A DNA stretch of 27,794 bases from a virus (taxonomy: Duplodnaviria > Caudoviricetes), in the IMG/VR virus record IMGVR_UViG_3300013413_000021, positions 1 through 27,794 of that record; one strand, 5' to 3'. The notes beneath the pieces were generated by a model. It made no database searches and had not been told where the DNA came from. It worked only from the letters and a program-made list of their open reading frames with translations. Shown one piece after another: positions 1-8,962 of this stretch. Positions within the stretch are counted from its first letter, which is position 1. Every line of letters starts with the position of its first letter. The position numbers and the translations under genes are program-made.

Positions 1-198
1 GGCGTCGTCATCCTGCAGCGAGATGGCCGGGACCTCCGTTTTGGAGTAGGGGGCCTTCCGCCATGGTACGACCGTCTTGATGCTGGTGGAGCAGGTGTAG
101 GGGCCGTCGGGAAGCTGGAAGATCTGCCCGGGGGCGATCAGCATCAGCTTGGACACCACGGCGTCCACGATCTGCTGGCGGTAGGACTCCTCGCTCAT
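1..198 (-). CDS. Partial phage head-tail/tail-completion protein (runs off the left edge)
   Basis: ATG at 198 overlaps the upstream stop (ATGA); reads MSEESYRQQIVDAVVSKLMLIAPGQ...PAISLQDDDA; position after head genes. Confidence 0.55.
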   Translation of the reverse strand, partial: MSEESYRQQIVDAVVSKLMLIAPGQIFQLPDGPYTCSTSIKTVVPWRKAPYSKTEVPAISLQDDDA

Positions 199-503
199 TG
201 CGGCTCCGTCAGGGTGCAGACGGTGAGCCCCTCGCCGTCGCTGTCGGGCGAGCCGTTGACCATGTAGGCGGTGCCGTTCTTGGTGATGGTGAGCAGCGTC
301 CCGCTGTCCACGTTGTTGGCCTCGGAGTCGCCGGTCAGCAGCGTCACGGTGGGGTCGGTGGAGCTCACCCCTAGCTCGAAGGAGAGCACGGTCTTGCTGG
401 GGCAGTTGAATATCCCCTGCACCGTGTTGACGCCCAGGACGACGCCGGTGTTCGAAAACTCCTGCATGACGACCTGGGCGTCTGTCGATAAGTCGACCGC
501 CAT
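195..503 (-). CDS. Putative head-tail joining protein (lambda gpFII-like)
   Basis: Likely start MAVDLSTDAQ; ~100 aa beta-rich, ending DSDGEGLTVCTLTE; syntenic position. Confidence 0.55.
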   Translation of the reverse strand: MAVDLSTDAQVVMQEFSNTGVVLGVNTVQGIFNCPSKTVLSFELGVSSTDPTVTLLTGDSEANNVDSGTLLTITKNGTAYMVNGSPDSDGEGLTVCTLTEPQ

Positions 504-504
504 T

Positions 505-765
505 TTATTTCTGCGCCTCACCGGCAGCGGCCGCGGCTGCCACAGGGGCGTCATTTCCAGCATCCTTCGGTTTGTCTGCAGGCTGCGTCTGTTCGTCGCC
601 GGCCGCGGAACGGACGTCGACGACCTCTTCTTCGATGACCTCGGCGAAATCGATCTCAAGGAGGCGCTCCGCGTCCTTCTCGTCGGCGATGAAAACCTCC
701 CCGCGGATGATGCTTTCGCCGCCGGGCTTGAGGCCGTTGATGGTGTGTTTGGCTTTGAGATACAT
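505..765 (-). CDS. Small acidic protein after the capsid gene (gpFI-like position)
   Basis: 86 aa ORF with AGGAGG RBS and an acidic/Ala-rich tail. Confidence 0.55.
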   Translation of the reverse strand: MYLKAKHTINGLKPGGESIIRGEVFIADEKDAERLLEIDFAEVIEEEVVDVRSAAGDEQTQPADKPKDAGNDAPVAAAAAAGEAQK

Positions 766-780
766 GCAATCCCTCCTGGC

Positions 781-807
781 GCATCCCCCCCCGAAGGGGG
801 AGGATGC
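781..807 (-). other. GC-rich stem-loop just downstream of the capsid stop (mRNA stabiliser or attenuator)
   Basis: GCATCC-CCCCCC-GAA-GGGGG-A-GGATGC inverted repeat; no U-tract. Confidence 0.45.
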
Positions 808-817
808 GAGGTAATGG

Positions 818-2014
818 TTAGATGGGGGTGGCCACCACGAAGGCGTCAGGCTGGTTGAGGGCGATCAGCGGGGCGGACTGGACCATGAGCCAGCGGACGC
901 CGGGGTCCTTGGTCACCCAGGATTTCGGCACACGAGGTGCCTCCACCATCGAAGCGCCGAGCTGCTCCAGGAGGTCCATGTCCTGGATCGCGCCGTAGAG
1001 CTTGCTGTTCATGGCGTTGGTGGAACCCATGAACAGCTTGTTGACGGGGACCATGGGGAGCTCGTTGCCGGTGGTGTCGTCGATGTACCACTCGTCGTAG
1101 GTGAAGAGGTCCACGTTCAGGGAGGGGGCCTGCAGGGTCCCCAGGAAGGTGACGCCGTTGGGGAGCATCTGGGGGTTGATCTGGCCCAGCTGCACCTTGA
1201 TGGTGGAGAGCTCCCCCTGGCCGTTGTAGTTGGGATCCCGCAGCCTGGCCAGGAAGGCGGTAGCCACGGAGGTGCCCATCACCACTGCGTTGGGGACGAT
1301 GCCGGAATCCTGGGAGCAGAGACGGGCCCAGGTGGACAGGTCGTTCACCGGATCGGAGGTGCTGGCGGTCCAGAGTGCAGCGCCGGCATTGGCGACGATG
1401 TGGGAGGACGGCATCATGAAGTTGATGGTGTCGTTGACGCCGTCGCCCACCACGTTGATCACTCCGCCGTTGAGAGCCTGGGAGGCCATCCACTCCTCCC
1501 GGCGGGTGCACTGGTCGAGCAGATCGCCCAGGTTGCGGCCGAGCTCCTCGGCGGCGCGCTCGACCATGGACTGCGTGCCGTAGATGACCTGACCGGGCTG
1601 CCGGTTGAGGATCTCCTGGGCGGTGGTCTGCATCTTGGGCTTGACGTAGGGGGGTTTATAGCTGTTGGTGGTGTAGCCGAGCTTCTCCACCACCTTGCCT
1701 TCCATCACCGGGGAAACGAAGGGGGCGAGCCGGCGCTTGCCCTTATAGATGTCGACGTCCACGTTGGTGGTGTCGAAGGTGCGGAAACCCGGGAAGAAGG
1801 TGTCCAAAAGAAAGGTCTTCGGGCGCTTGAGCTGCATGATGATCTGCAGCATGGTGCGGGTTTCGAAGAGACTGACGGTGCCGGCCAGGACCGGGAAGGC
1901 CATTTTGCCGCCAACGGCGGCATGGGCGCAGTCGTGACCGGCCAAGGGGAAGAGCAGGACCGCCACCAGCAGCAGCAAGGTCCAGCAAAGGAAGGTGGAA
2001 GCGTAACGTCTCAT
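818..2014 (-). CDS. Major capsid protein, lambda gpE family
   Basis: Motifs FLLDTFFP, RRLAPFVSP, YKPPYVKPK, RREEWMASQAL, MVQSAPL; AAGGAG RBS before the ATG at 2014. Confidence 0.93.
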   Translation of the reverse strand: MRRYASTFLCWTLLLLVAVLLFPLAGHDCAHAAVGGKMAFPVLAGTVSLFETRTMLQIIMQLKRPKTFLLDTFFPGFRTFDTTNVDVDIYKGKRRLAPFVSPVMEGKVVEKLGYTTNSYKPPYVKPKMQTTAQEILNRQPGQVIYGTQSMVERAAEELGRNLGDLLDQCTRREEWMASQALNGGVINVVGDGVNDTINFMMPSSHIVANAGAALWTASTSDPVNDLSTWARLCSQDSGIVPNAVVMGTSVATAFLARLRDPNYNGQGELSTIKVQLGQINPQMLPNGVTFLGTLQAPSLNVDLFTYDEWYIDDTTGNELPMVPVNKLFMGSTNAMNSKLYGAIQDMDLLEQLGASMVEAPRVPKSWVTKDPGVRWLMVQSAPLIALNQPDAFVVATPI

Positions 2015-2049
2015 GTAAGGTCTCCTTGTAGTAGTATGCTGCCGGGGGC

Positions 2050-2415
2050 TTAGGCCTTGACCGGGTCTTTGAACCAGATTTCGAGGGCACGGGCCGCCGC
2101 CTTGTGGGTGGCTGCGGTGTCGGTGCCCCCGAAGGTGACGGCATTGCTGTTGAATTCGCCGGCGATGTAGACGGCGCAGGTGGTGTCGGCGGTGCTGGCA
2201 TTGCAGTCGGCGGCCAGGATGGCGAAGATGGTCTGGGAGCCGTCGCTGCTGGCGCTGTTCAAGAGGGTGAGCTTGCCGCTGGCGGTGATCTTGCCCAGGG
2301 CGGCTCCCCGCTTGAGGTTCTGGCCGGAAACCAGAAGAGCGGTGTCCGAAACAAGGCAGCAGCAGCCGGCCAACAGCCGGTCGGGAGTGTAGGAATCAGT
2401 GGAACTCATGGTCAT
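2050..2415 (-). CDS. Head decoration protein (gpD-like)
   Basis: GQNLKRGAALGKITASGK, DGSQTIFAILAAD, VYIAGEFN; lies between protease and capsid. Confidence 0.88.
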   Translation of the reverse strand: MTMSSTDSYTPDRLLAGCCCLVSDTALLVSGQNLKRGAALGKITASGKLTLLNSASSDGSQTIFAILAADCNASTADTTCAVYIAGEFNSNAVTFGGTDTAATHKAAARALEIWFKDPVKA

Positions 2416-2442
2416 GGCAATGATCCTCCTTGAAAGGTTGGG

Positions 2443-2814
2443 TTACTTGACGGTACTGCCGGCGGTAACGGCGGCGGCGATGACGGCCAGTGCTTCCTGG
2501 GAGCCGGCTGCAGGCTCCTCGGCGGCGGCCAGAGCCTTGGAGCCTTTCTCGCTCGCCTCCAGGTGATGGTCGCGCTGGCTCTTCTCGGACTTCAAGATAT
2601 TGAGAGACAGGGATTCGGCGCTCACCCCTTCGATGAGAGCCTGCTTCACCAGGGCGGAGTGCCCGGCCGCCGGCACATCGAGGACCGAGGCGATCCGCTC
2701 GCGCTCCTTGCTGACGGCCGCCTCTTCGCCGGCCTTTTCGCCGACCTTTTTCCCCTCCTCGAAAACTTCCGCGTAGAGGGCGGGGTGCTGTTCCTTCAGT
2801 TCTTCTTTCTGCAT
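2443..2814 (-). CDS. Nested in-frame scaffold protein (Nu3-like)
   Basis: Internal ATG at 2814 (MQKEELKEQHP) preceded by a strong AAGGAGGA RBS. Confidence 0.7.
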   Translation of the reverse strand: MQKEELKEQHPALYAEVFEEGKKVGEKAGEEAAVSKERERIASVLDVPAAGHSALVKQALIEGVSAESLSLNILKSEKSQRDHHLEASEKGSKALAAAEEPAAGSQEALAVIAAAVTAGSTVK

Positions 2815-3756
2815 ACGTTTTCCTCCTTGCTGTATTTGCGCCGTGGCTTTCCCGCCCTGCGGCGATGGTAATCCTACGAAACTCATCACGCTGCCGGTCG
2901 ACTTCTTACGACCCTGGTCACGCAACATGGAGAGCGTGTCCTCCAGGCTCATCATGCCGTCGGCGAGTCCAACCTCGATCGACTGGCGGCCGTTGAAGAT
3001 GCGGCCCTCCGCCATGTCAGAAAGCACCTTCTCCGCCTTGGAGCCGCGGTAACCAGCCATAGCGTTCACAAAGGCTGTGTAGGCATAATCGAGCCGGTCC
3101 TGCATGACCCCCTGATGCTCGGCGGAAAGGGGCGCGTAGGGATGCCCCACTCCCTTGTACCGGCCGGCGGTGAGGATGGTAGTCTTCACGCCGTCCATCT
3201 CCTGCATCTTGGAGACGTCGACGTGGCGTCCGATGACACCGATAGAGCCGAGCTCGGTGGTATCGTTGCCGATGTATACGCCGCCGGTCGCCGCCCCCAG
3301 CCATTGGGCCGCCGAGGTCATCATGCCGTCGGTCCAGGCGCAGCAGGGCTTGCGATCGGCGAAGGAAGAGACGGCGTCGGCGCAGGTCGCGCATCCGTTC
3401 ACCACGCCGCCGGGGGAGTCTATGCTCAAGAGAGCCGCCACCACCTCCGGATCTTCGGCAGCCATCTGCAGGTCACGCTGAATCCGCTCGTAGGAGGTCA
3501 TACCGGAGACGTTGGAGAGGAGTCCCCCGCGTTTAACCATGGAGCCATAGGCCGGGATGATGGCGACGCCGTCGTTCACCTGGTAGGGGCGATCGGCGTT
3601 GTTGTTGAGTGGACGACCGACCGCCGCCTCGATCTCGTGGAGTTCCTGGGCGCTGATGCTCTTCCCCTGGCGCTCGAAATAGATGCTCTGGATCATCTCC
3701 AGGTAGGCAGGCTTGATTGCCCACTCTCCGTTGATGATGTCTATGACTCCGCTCAT
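2443..3756 (-). CDS. S49 family head maturation protease fused to a C-terminal scaffold
   Basis: LSIDSPGG, MTSAAQWLG, LGSIGVI, AGRYKG, GLADG motifs; charged helical C-terminus (ERERIASV). Confidence 0.92.
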   Translation of the reverse strand: MSGVIDIINGEWAIKPAYLEMIQSIYFERQGKSISAQELHEIEAAVGRPLNNNADRPYQVNDGVAIIPAYGSMVKRGGLLSNVSGMTSYERIQRDLQMAAEDPEVVAALLSIDSPGGVVNGCATCADAVSSFADRKPCCAWTDGMMTSAAQWLGAATGGVYIGNDTTELGSIGVIGRHVDVSKMQEMDGVKTTILTAGRYKGVGHPYAPLSAEHQGVMQDRLDYAYTAFVNAMAGYRGSKAEKVLSDMAEGRIFNGRQSIEVGLADGMMSLEDTLSMLRDQGRKKSTGSVMSFVGLPSPQGGKATAQIQQGGKRMQKEELKEQHPALYAEVFEEGKKVGEKAGEEAAVSKERERIASVLDVPAAGHSALVKQALIEGVSAESLSLNILKSEKSQRDHHLEASEKGSKALAAAEEPAAGSQEALAVIAAAVTAGSTVK

Positions 3757-5414
3757 GCGGCCTCCTTATTGCTGCCACCGCCATCGGTCAGTTCGGGCTG
3801 GGCGGGGATGGTCTCCTTGGGCTGGGAGCCGGGAATGGGGAGCCCCGCCTCGTCGCGCATCTTCCTTTCCTTGACCCGGCGCGACTGCTTGGCGGCCCAG
3901 GAGGTGCCGTTGTAGGCCTGGGTTTCCTCCTCTGCGGTGGTGACCCCAAGCTCGATGCGCTTCTCCATGGCCAGCGACTCTTCCTTCTCGTTGATCATCC
4001 CCTTGCCCGGGCCGTTCCAGAGCGCTCCGCTGTAGGCCTTGCGGACCATGGGGTCGGCGAAGAAGCCGGGGGCCAGGATGCGGCCCAGGGCCACCGCCTC
4101 TGCGAGCCAGATCTCGTAGAGGGGCTGGCAGAAGTTGTCGGAAAGCCAGTTGCGGCGGGCGAGGAAGAACTTCCAGGCGTCGAGCATGGCGGCGCGGGCG
4201 GCTGAGTAGCTCGCGGTGTAGTGCTTGATGAGGATCTCGAAGGGGATCTCCAGCGCCACCCCGATCTGGCGCACGATGGCCAGGAAGAAGGGGTCGAACT
4301 GGTTGCCCGGTTGCTTGGGCTCGGCGAACTCCACCTCTTCGCCGGGCATGAGTTCCAGCACGTTGCCAGAGCCGAGCCTCAGGTCGTTGCCTGCGGCGGC
4401 CGCCACGGGGTACTGCTGGGTGACCACCTGCGGCCCGGGGGCGTGGGACATGTTCTGTATGCCCTGGGCGCCCTGGCTCTTGACGAAGACGGTGAAGAGC
4501 GCGGATACGGCGGCGGCCATCAGGACGTGCTCCTGGTAACGGCCGAGCATCTTCAGGGGCTCGATCACCGGGGCGAGCATGGGGATGCCGCGCGTCTGGT
4601 CGGTACGCAGCACCCGGAAGAGGTGCACCACGTTGAAGAAACCGGTGGCGGCATTGACCGCCTCGAGGCGGTCCCAGGTCCAGGATTTGCCGGTGACGTA
4701 GAGCCAGTTGCCGGGATGCTGACGCAGGACGTTGTAGGCGATCGGTGCGCCGTCCTCATCCTTTTCCACGCCGGCTACCAGGCGCGGCTGGTCGAAGCCG
4801 AAGTTGGGGTTGCAGACGCGGTCCGCCTCTATCAGCTGGATGCGCAGCCTATAGGGCCATCCCTTAACGGTCTTGCGGGGGGTGTTGGCGAAGACATCTC
4901 CGTTTTCCATGCAGGAGCGGAAGGCGAGGTCCTGCAGACCGTAGAAGTCGAGGGCGCGGTTGAGTGAGGCGTTCTTGGACTCTGCCCAAAGGGCGAACTC
5001 GCGGGAGGTGTGGGTCTGCCAGGCGTCGGCCTCCTCGGGTGTCAGACCGAGATACTCGTGGTCGATGGTGGGTTGCGGTACCAGACCGCTTCCTACCACG
5101 TTGGTCACGGTGGTACCGATCACACCGCCGGCCAGGGGCTGGTTTCTAACGGCGTCGCGGGAACGGGCGCGCAGGCGCGGGAGATCGGGAACGCTGGCCG
5201 AGTCGGCATCGGTTATGGAGGGGTTCCAGGTATTGGTCTCCCGACGATTGACGGCGGCTCCCTGGTAGGAGTTGCCGAATACGCCCAGGCCGGAGCCGCC
5301 GACCGCACCGAAGGAGTGGCCCAAACCAGAGCCGCCAACAGCGGTGAAGGACCCGTCCTCGGCTCGCTCGAAGCGGTAGTACTGGCGCCCGACTTTGCAA
5401 CCTTTACCTAGCAC
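3753..5414 (-). CDS. Portal protein, lambda family
   Basis: LRARSRDAVRN, QLIEADR, RGIPMLAP, YSAARAAM; probable GTG start at 5414 overlapping the gpW stop. The longer ORF call to 5750 is spurious. Confidence 0.93.
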   Translation of the reverse strand: MLGKGCKVGRQYYRFERAEDGSFTAVGGSGLGHSFGAVGGSGLGVFGNSYQGAAVNRRETNTWNPSITDADSASVPDLPRLRARSRDAVRNQPLAGGVIGTTVTNVVGSGLVPQPTIDHEYLGLTPEEADAWQTHTSREFALWAESKNASLNRALDFYGLQDLAFRSCMENGDVFANTPRKTVKGWPYRLRIQLIEADRVCNPNFGFDQPRLVAGVEKDEDGAPIAYNVLRQHPGNWLYVTGKSWTWDRLEAVNAATGFFNVVHLFRVLRTDQTRGIPMLAPVIEPLKMLGRYQEHVLMAAAVSALFTVFVKSQGAQGIQNMSHAPGPQVVTQQYPVAAAAGNDLRLGSGNVLELMPGEEVEFAEPKQPGNQFDPFFLAIVRQIGVALEIPFEILIKHYTASYSAARAAMLDAWKFFLARRNWLSDNFCQPLYEIWLAEAVALGRILAPGFFADPMVRKAYSGALWNGPGKGMINEKEESLAMEKRIELGVTTAEEETQAYNGTSWAAKQSRRVKERKMRDEAGLPIPGSQPKETIPAQPELTDGGGSNKEAA

Positions 5415-5653
5415 TGGAACATCACCCCGCGGGCGCGGATGCCGCCGCCATTGGAGAGGCGCCGCACGCGGCCCTCCCAGAAGAGAATGTCGTTGTTGAG
5501 CTTGTCGAGGTCTTCGCGGGTAACCTGGCGCTCCACGCCGCCGGCATTCACCCGGGCGGACTTGGCACCGCTCAAGAGCTGTGTGCGGGCGGTCATCGCC
5601 GAGACAAGGGCGTCGGTCGCTTCCTGGAGAGTGATTCCGTTCTGATCGGGCAT
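5408..5653 (-). CDS. Head-tail joining protein (gpW-like)
   Basis: 81 aa with RQVTREDLDKL; immediately upstream of the portal. Confidence 0.8.
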   Translation of the reverse strand: MPDQNGITLQEATDALVSAMTARTQLLSGAKSARVNAGGVERQVTREDLDKLNNDILFWEGRVRRLSNGGGIRARGVMFQC

Positions 5654-5694
5654 GGGCCAGCTCCACTACTAGATGCTGGGCCTGAAAATGAAAA

Positions 5695-5772
5695 GGCCCC
5701 AAGATATGGGGCCATTGTAGGGAGGAAAGAGGTGAAGCGGAAGGCGCCATTTTCCGCCATTTTCCGCCATTT
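5695..5772 (-). promoter_or_regulatory. Putative late promoter region with phased repeats, a -10-like hexamer and a hairpin
   Basis: CGCCATTT at 5745, 5755, 5765 (10-bp period); minus-strand TACAAT at 5714-5719; GGCCCCA/TGGGGCC hairpin at 5695-5713. Confidence 0.5.
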
Positions 5773-5817
5773 GCATAAAATCTTTCTAAAATTAGAAAAA
5801 TATCGACTTTTTTGAGG

Positions 5818-6144
5818 CTACTCGTTCCACTTATCGGGAGGGATGGTGATCGATTTCCGGTATTCCTCTACCGAGGTCGCGGTGATGCGCAGGCCGTTAG
5901 ATCCGGAGAGCCCGTTCTTGCCTCTTTTAGCCTTATCATCGGCAGCTACCAGGCGCCCTTCCTTCACCAGGTCCAAAACGGTGCGAGGCGACTTGCCGAG
6001 GAGATGCCCGGCTTCTTCCGGCGTGTAGAGAAGGTTTCGCTCGATGTGAGCCCTCTTCACCTGCTGAATCTCTTCAGCGGTGACCTTGAGGCGGGGCATT
6101 TCTGGCTCGGAGTGATTGATTGTAACTACGTTGTTTACCAGCAT
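5818..6144 (-). CDS. Excisionase/MerR-like HTH DNA-binding protein
   Basis: LLYTPEEAGHLLGKSPRTVLDLVKEGRL; GGAGG RBS before the ATG at 6144. Confidence 0.78.
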   Translation of the reverse strand: MLVNNVVTINHSEPEMPRLKVTAEEIQQVKRAHIERNLLYTPEEAGHLLGKSPRTVLDLVKEGRLVAADDKAKRGKNGLSGSNGLRITATSVEEYRKSITIPPDKWNE

Positions 6145-6184
6145 GATCTTGTTGCCTCCCTTGATTGCAGTATGTATGGAAAAT

Positions 6185-8134
6185 TTAAAGGCCCTGGCCG
6201 CGGACCCGACGGCCTGCTTGAGAGTGTTCATCAGGTTTTTGCCACATTTTGACCTGGGCGATCTCCACCAGGGCGAGCTCCATCTGCGAGCAGTCCCAGA
6301 GGTGGTTGGCCTTGTTCTTTGGACACTCGTAGAGACCCTGCTCGTTCTTGTATTCCGCCACCATCTGGCTGCAGAGATCCTTCAGGAGGTCTCCCTGGAT
6401 CTTTTCCCCCTTGGCCTTGAGTTCCAGCTGCTCTGCGCTGTAGCCCGAGTGCAGGTGCCAGGCACCGGGGTCGGAGGGGCCGACCAGTAGCTTGCCGGAG
6501 AGTTTGTCCTTGAAGAAGGTGGTGTTGATCGTGTAAAGGCTCGCGCTGCCCGGGAGTGGCTTGTTGGTGCCGGGGATACGGTCAATGGCGGTGACGTTGT
6601 ACTCGCGGCTCATCCGCTGGCGCCCCTTGAAGAGGATGACGCCGGGGTTGGCGGCCGCGAACAGGTAGGCCTCGGCCGTCTTCGAGAGGTCGGCGTGCTC
6701 CTCCCCCTCTCCGCCGCCGGAGTCCAGGCCGCGCAGGGTGACGATGTACTTGTTCTTGGCCACGTCCTCGAACTGGGACTCGAACATGATCCGCCTGAGT
6801 CCCTCCCAGCTGTCCACGAAGCCGCACTTCAAAAGCCAGCTCTCCTGCTCCAGGCCGTAGCCCCAGGCGGTGATCTTGTACCAGAAGCCGCGCTTTTGCA
6901 TGTCCGCGGCGCAGGTAATGGCGGCGATGGGGAGCGAGGGGACCAGACCCTCCGGACGGTCGTCGCACAGGCGCCGGATCTGGTCCTCCTTGCGGTCCAC
7001 CTTCTCACCCTTGTAGTCCACCACCTGGTAGCCGTGGGCGTAGTCGACCTTGTCGGCCAGCTCGCCCCCCTTGGAGCGCAGATACTTGCCGCAATACTCG
7101 GAGAGCGGGATCATCGGGAAGGGGAGGGCGGTCGCGTGCAGCCCCACGCTCGAGGGGCGCGGGTCGTCCTCCCCCTTCACGCAGACCCACTTGCCGGTCT
7201 TGTAGGAGATCTCCCGGTCATACTCGTCCCATTCCACCCCGCAGGCATTGCAGGCGTAGCCCACCGCCACGTCCCCGTTCTCCACCTCCTCCGCCGTTGC
7301 CCCGTCGGGGATGGAAAGGTGCTGGTCGTCCATGAGCACCAGCTTTTCGCAGTGGGGGCAGCGGTTCTGGTACTGGAAAACCTGCCGGCAGGACATGGTC
7401 CCCTTATAGATGAAGCGCCCCGCCGGCGTGGAGCCGAACATCCTCTTGGAGCTGTTCTCGTCGCGGCCGCGCTTCCTGATCAGCTTGACCGGGTCGGTCT
7501 CCGAGCCCACCATGGGGGGATATTTGTCCACCTCGTTGCCGAAACAGTACCGACCGAAGAAGTTGGCCATGCTACGCGCGCTGTTGGCGGAGGCGGGGAA
7601 GAGATGCATCCCGTGGGAGAAGACGATCTGCGTCTTGGCTGTATCGTCGGCCCGGCGCGAGAGGTAACGCTTCAGTCCAGGCGACTCCCTGAACATGGGG
7701 ATGATCTTGGTCTTGAGGTTGGCCCCGGCGTCGGGGTCGGTCGGCTCCAGCCAGAATACGTTCCCCGGGGGGAGGTGGCGGATACCCCTGGTGACGGCGG
7801 CGAGACAGTTGAGCATGACGTTGGTCTTGGCCGTGCGCTCCGGCCAGCAGAGCCACATCTCTTTCACCCAGGGGCGCTGGAAGAGGTCCATGGGGAAAGA
7901 GGCGTGGGGGACCAGGTCGTTTCTCCATGGGCCACGGCGGGCGTCCACGCCGGTCACCTGCCGGTACTTGGCGGCGCACTGCGAGACGGTGATCTCCTCG
8001 GGGGGCTTGAGCCTCAGGCGTACCGAGCGCGGCAGTGCGAAACGGACCTGACGGCCGGCCAGGCGCTCATGGATCTCCGCCGGAAGGAGAGGGTGCAGGG
8101 AGATCTCCCGCGCTATCAGTTCGACCTGGCTCAT
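6185..8134 (-). CDS. Terminase large subunit, lambda gpA family
   Basis: GPWRNDLVP, NEVDKYP, GSTP, CPHC...CNAC zinc motif, DMQK, DSGG, NHLWDC; start MSQVEL overlaps the terS stop. Confidence 0.92.
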   Translation of the reverse strand: MSQVELIAREISLHPLLPAEIHERLAGRQVRFALPRSVRLRLKPPEEITVSQCAAKYRQVTGVDARRGPWRNDLVPHASFPMDLFQRPWVKEMWLCWPERTAKTNVMLNCLAAVTRGIRHLPPGNVFWLEPTDPDAGANLKTKIIPMFRESPGLKRYLSRRADDTAKTQIVFSHGMHLFPASANSARSMANFFGRYCFGNEVDKYPPMVGSETDPVKLIRKRGRDENSSKRMFGSTPAGRFIYKGTMSCRQVFQYQNRCPHCEKLVLMDDQHLSIPDGATAEEVENGDVAVGYACNACGVEWDEYDREISYKTGKWVCVKGEDDPRPSSVGLHATALPFPMIPLSEYCGKYLRSKGGELADKVDYAHGYQVVDYKGEKVDRKEDQIRRLCDDRPEGLVPSLPIAAITCAADMQKRGFWYKITAWGYGLEQESWLLKCGFVDSWEGLRRIMFESQFEDVAKNKYIVTLRGLDSGGGEGEEHADLSKTAEAYLFAAANPGVILFKGRQRMSREYNVTAIDRIPGTNKPLPGSASLYTINTTFFKDKLSGKLLVGPSDPGAWHLHSGYSAEQLELKAKGEKIQGDLLKDLCSQMVAEYKNEQGLYECPKNKANHLWDCSQMELALVEIAQVKMWQKPDEHSQAGRRVRGQGL

Positions 8135-8694
8135 TCCTCGTCCTCGCCGCCCTTGTGGAACACCCCCTCGATCAGGTCGGGGACTAGCATCTCGGCGAAG
8201 GCCGCGTCCACCATGCCCAAAAGTTCCTGGACCGTCTCCTCCCTGCGGGCCGGGTCGCCGCCGGCGACGTGTATGACCCCGGAGACGCCGACACCGACCT
8301 GATGCTCCAGGGAAGCGTGGAGCACCCCCACCAGGGCCGCCAGTCGCTCCTCGACCACGTCCCGGTGCAGCCATTTGTTGTCCAGATCCCGGGACGACTC
8401 CTCGTTGTCGCGTTCCTTTTTCTCGGTCTCGGCCCGGAGTTTCCTGAGCTCCAGCTGAGCGGTCTCCTCAGCCGTGCTCTTCTGCACCAGCGACTGGCCG
8501 GTGGTCAGGTCGACGTTCAACTCTTTCCGGACGTAGGCGAGGAGGGCCGAGAGGCCGATACTCTTGTCCGGGTTGACCAGTTTGAGCAGGTCGCAGTCGT
8601 TATAGAACTTGCTCTGGCCGACCCCCAGGTTCTGCCCCTTGATGAAGAGGCGATAGGCCTCCGCGCGGTTTTTGTAGCTCTGCTGGTAGTCCAC
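8131..8694 (-). CDS. Putative terminase small subunit
   Basis: Directly upstream of and coupled to terL; N-terminal HTH-like part plus coiled coil (ELRKLRAETEKKE). Confidence 0.72.
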   Translation of the reverse strand: MDYQQSYKNRAEAYRLFIKGQNLGVGQSKFYNDCDLLKLVNPDKSIGLSALLAYVRKELNVDLTTGQSLVQKSTAEETAQLELRKLRAETEKKERDNEESSRDLDNKWLHRDVVEERLAALVGVLHASLEHQVGVGVSGVIHVAGGDPARREETVQELLGMVDAAFAEMLVPDLIEGVFHKGGEDEE

Positions 8695-8695
8695 G

Positions 8696-8962
8696 CTAGG
8701 CCTCGTAGTAGCCGCGGGCGCGGTTTTTTTGGAGCACGGATTCCATGGCCAGCTCCACGTCGGCGCCCCTGCCGGCCAGGATGTGGTGCATGGTCTCCGA
8801 GACGTGCTTGACGTCTCCGGTCTCCACCGCGGCGTGCTGGAGGTCGCCCTTAAAAAGGGCGAGGCCGACCTCCAGCACCTCGGAGAGCAGGTGCCACCAC
8901 TGGCGCCAAAGGCCGTTGCGGATGAAGCGGGTGCGCGGGAACTGGTACAGGTTTTCGCTCAA
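8696..8962 (-). CDS. MazG-like NTP pyrophosphatase-fold protein
   Basis: HLLSEVLEV...VETGDV...KNRARGYY (ExxE...ExxD pattern); TTG start overlaps the intI stop. Confidence 0.6.
   Translation of the reverse strand: MSENLYQFPRTRFIRNGLWRQWWHLLSEVLEVGLALFKGDLQHAAVETGDVKHVSETMHHILAGRGADVELAMESVLQKNRARGYYEA

Noticed and set aside
5415-5750. N-terminal extension of the portal ORF
   Set aside because: It overlaps gpW and the regulatory region in another frame and is not portal-like.
6695-8302. Long plus-strand ORFs (also 4221-4967, 16309-17187, 23877-24722)
   Set aside because: Antisense shadows of high-GC genes with no motifs.
8135-8374. N-terminal extension of the terminase large ORF
   Set aside because: Gly/Arg-rich off-frame read of terS; the ATGA-coupled start at 8134 is better.
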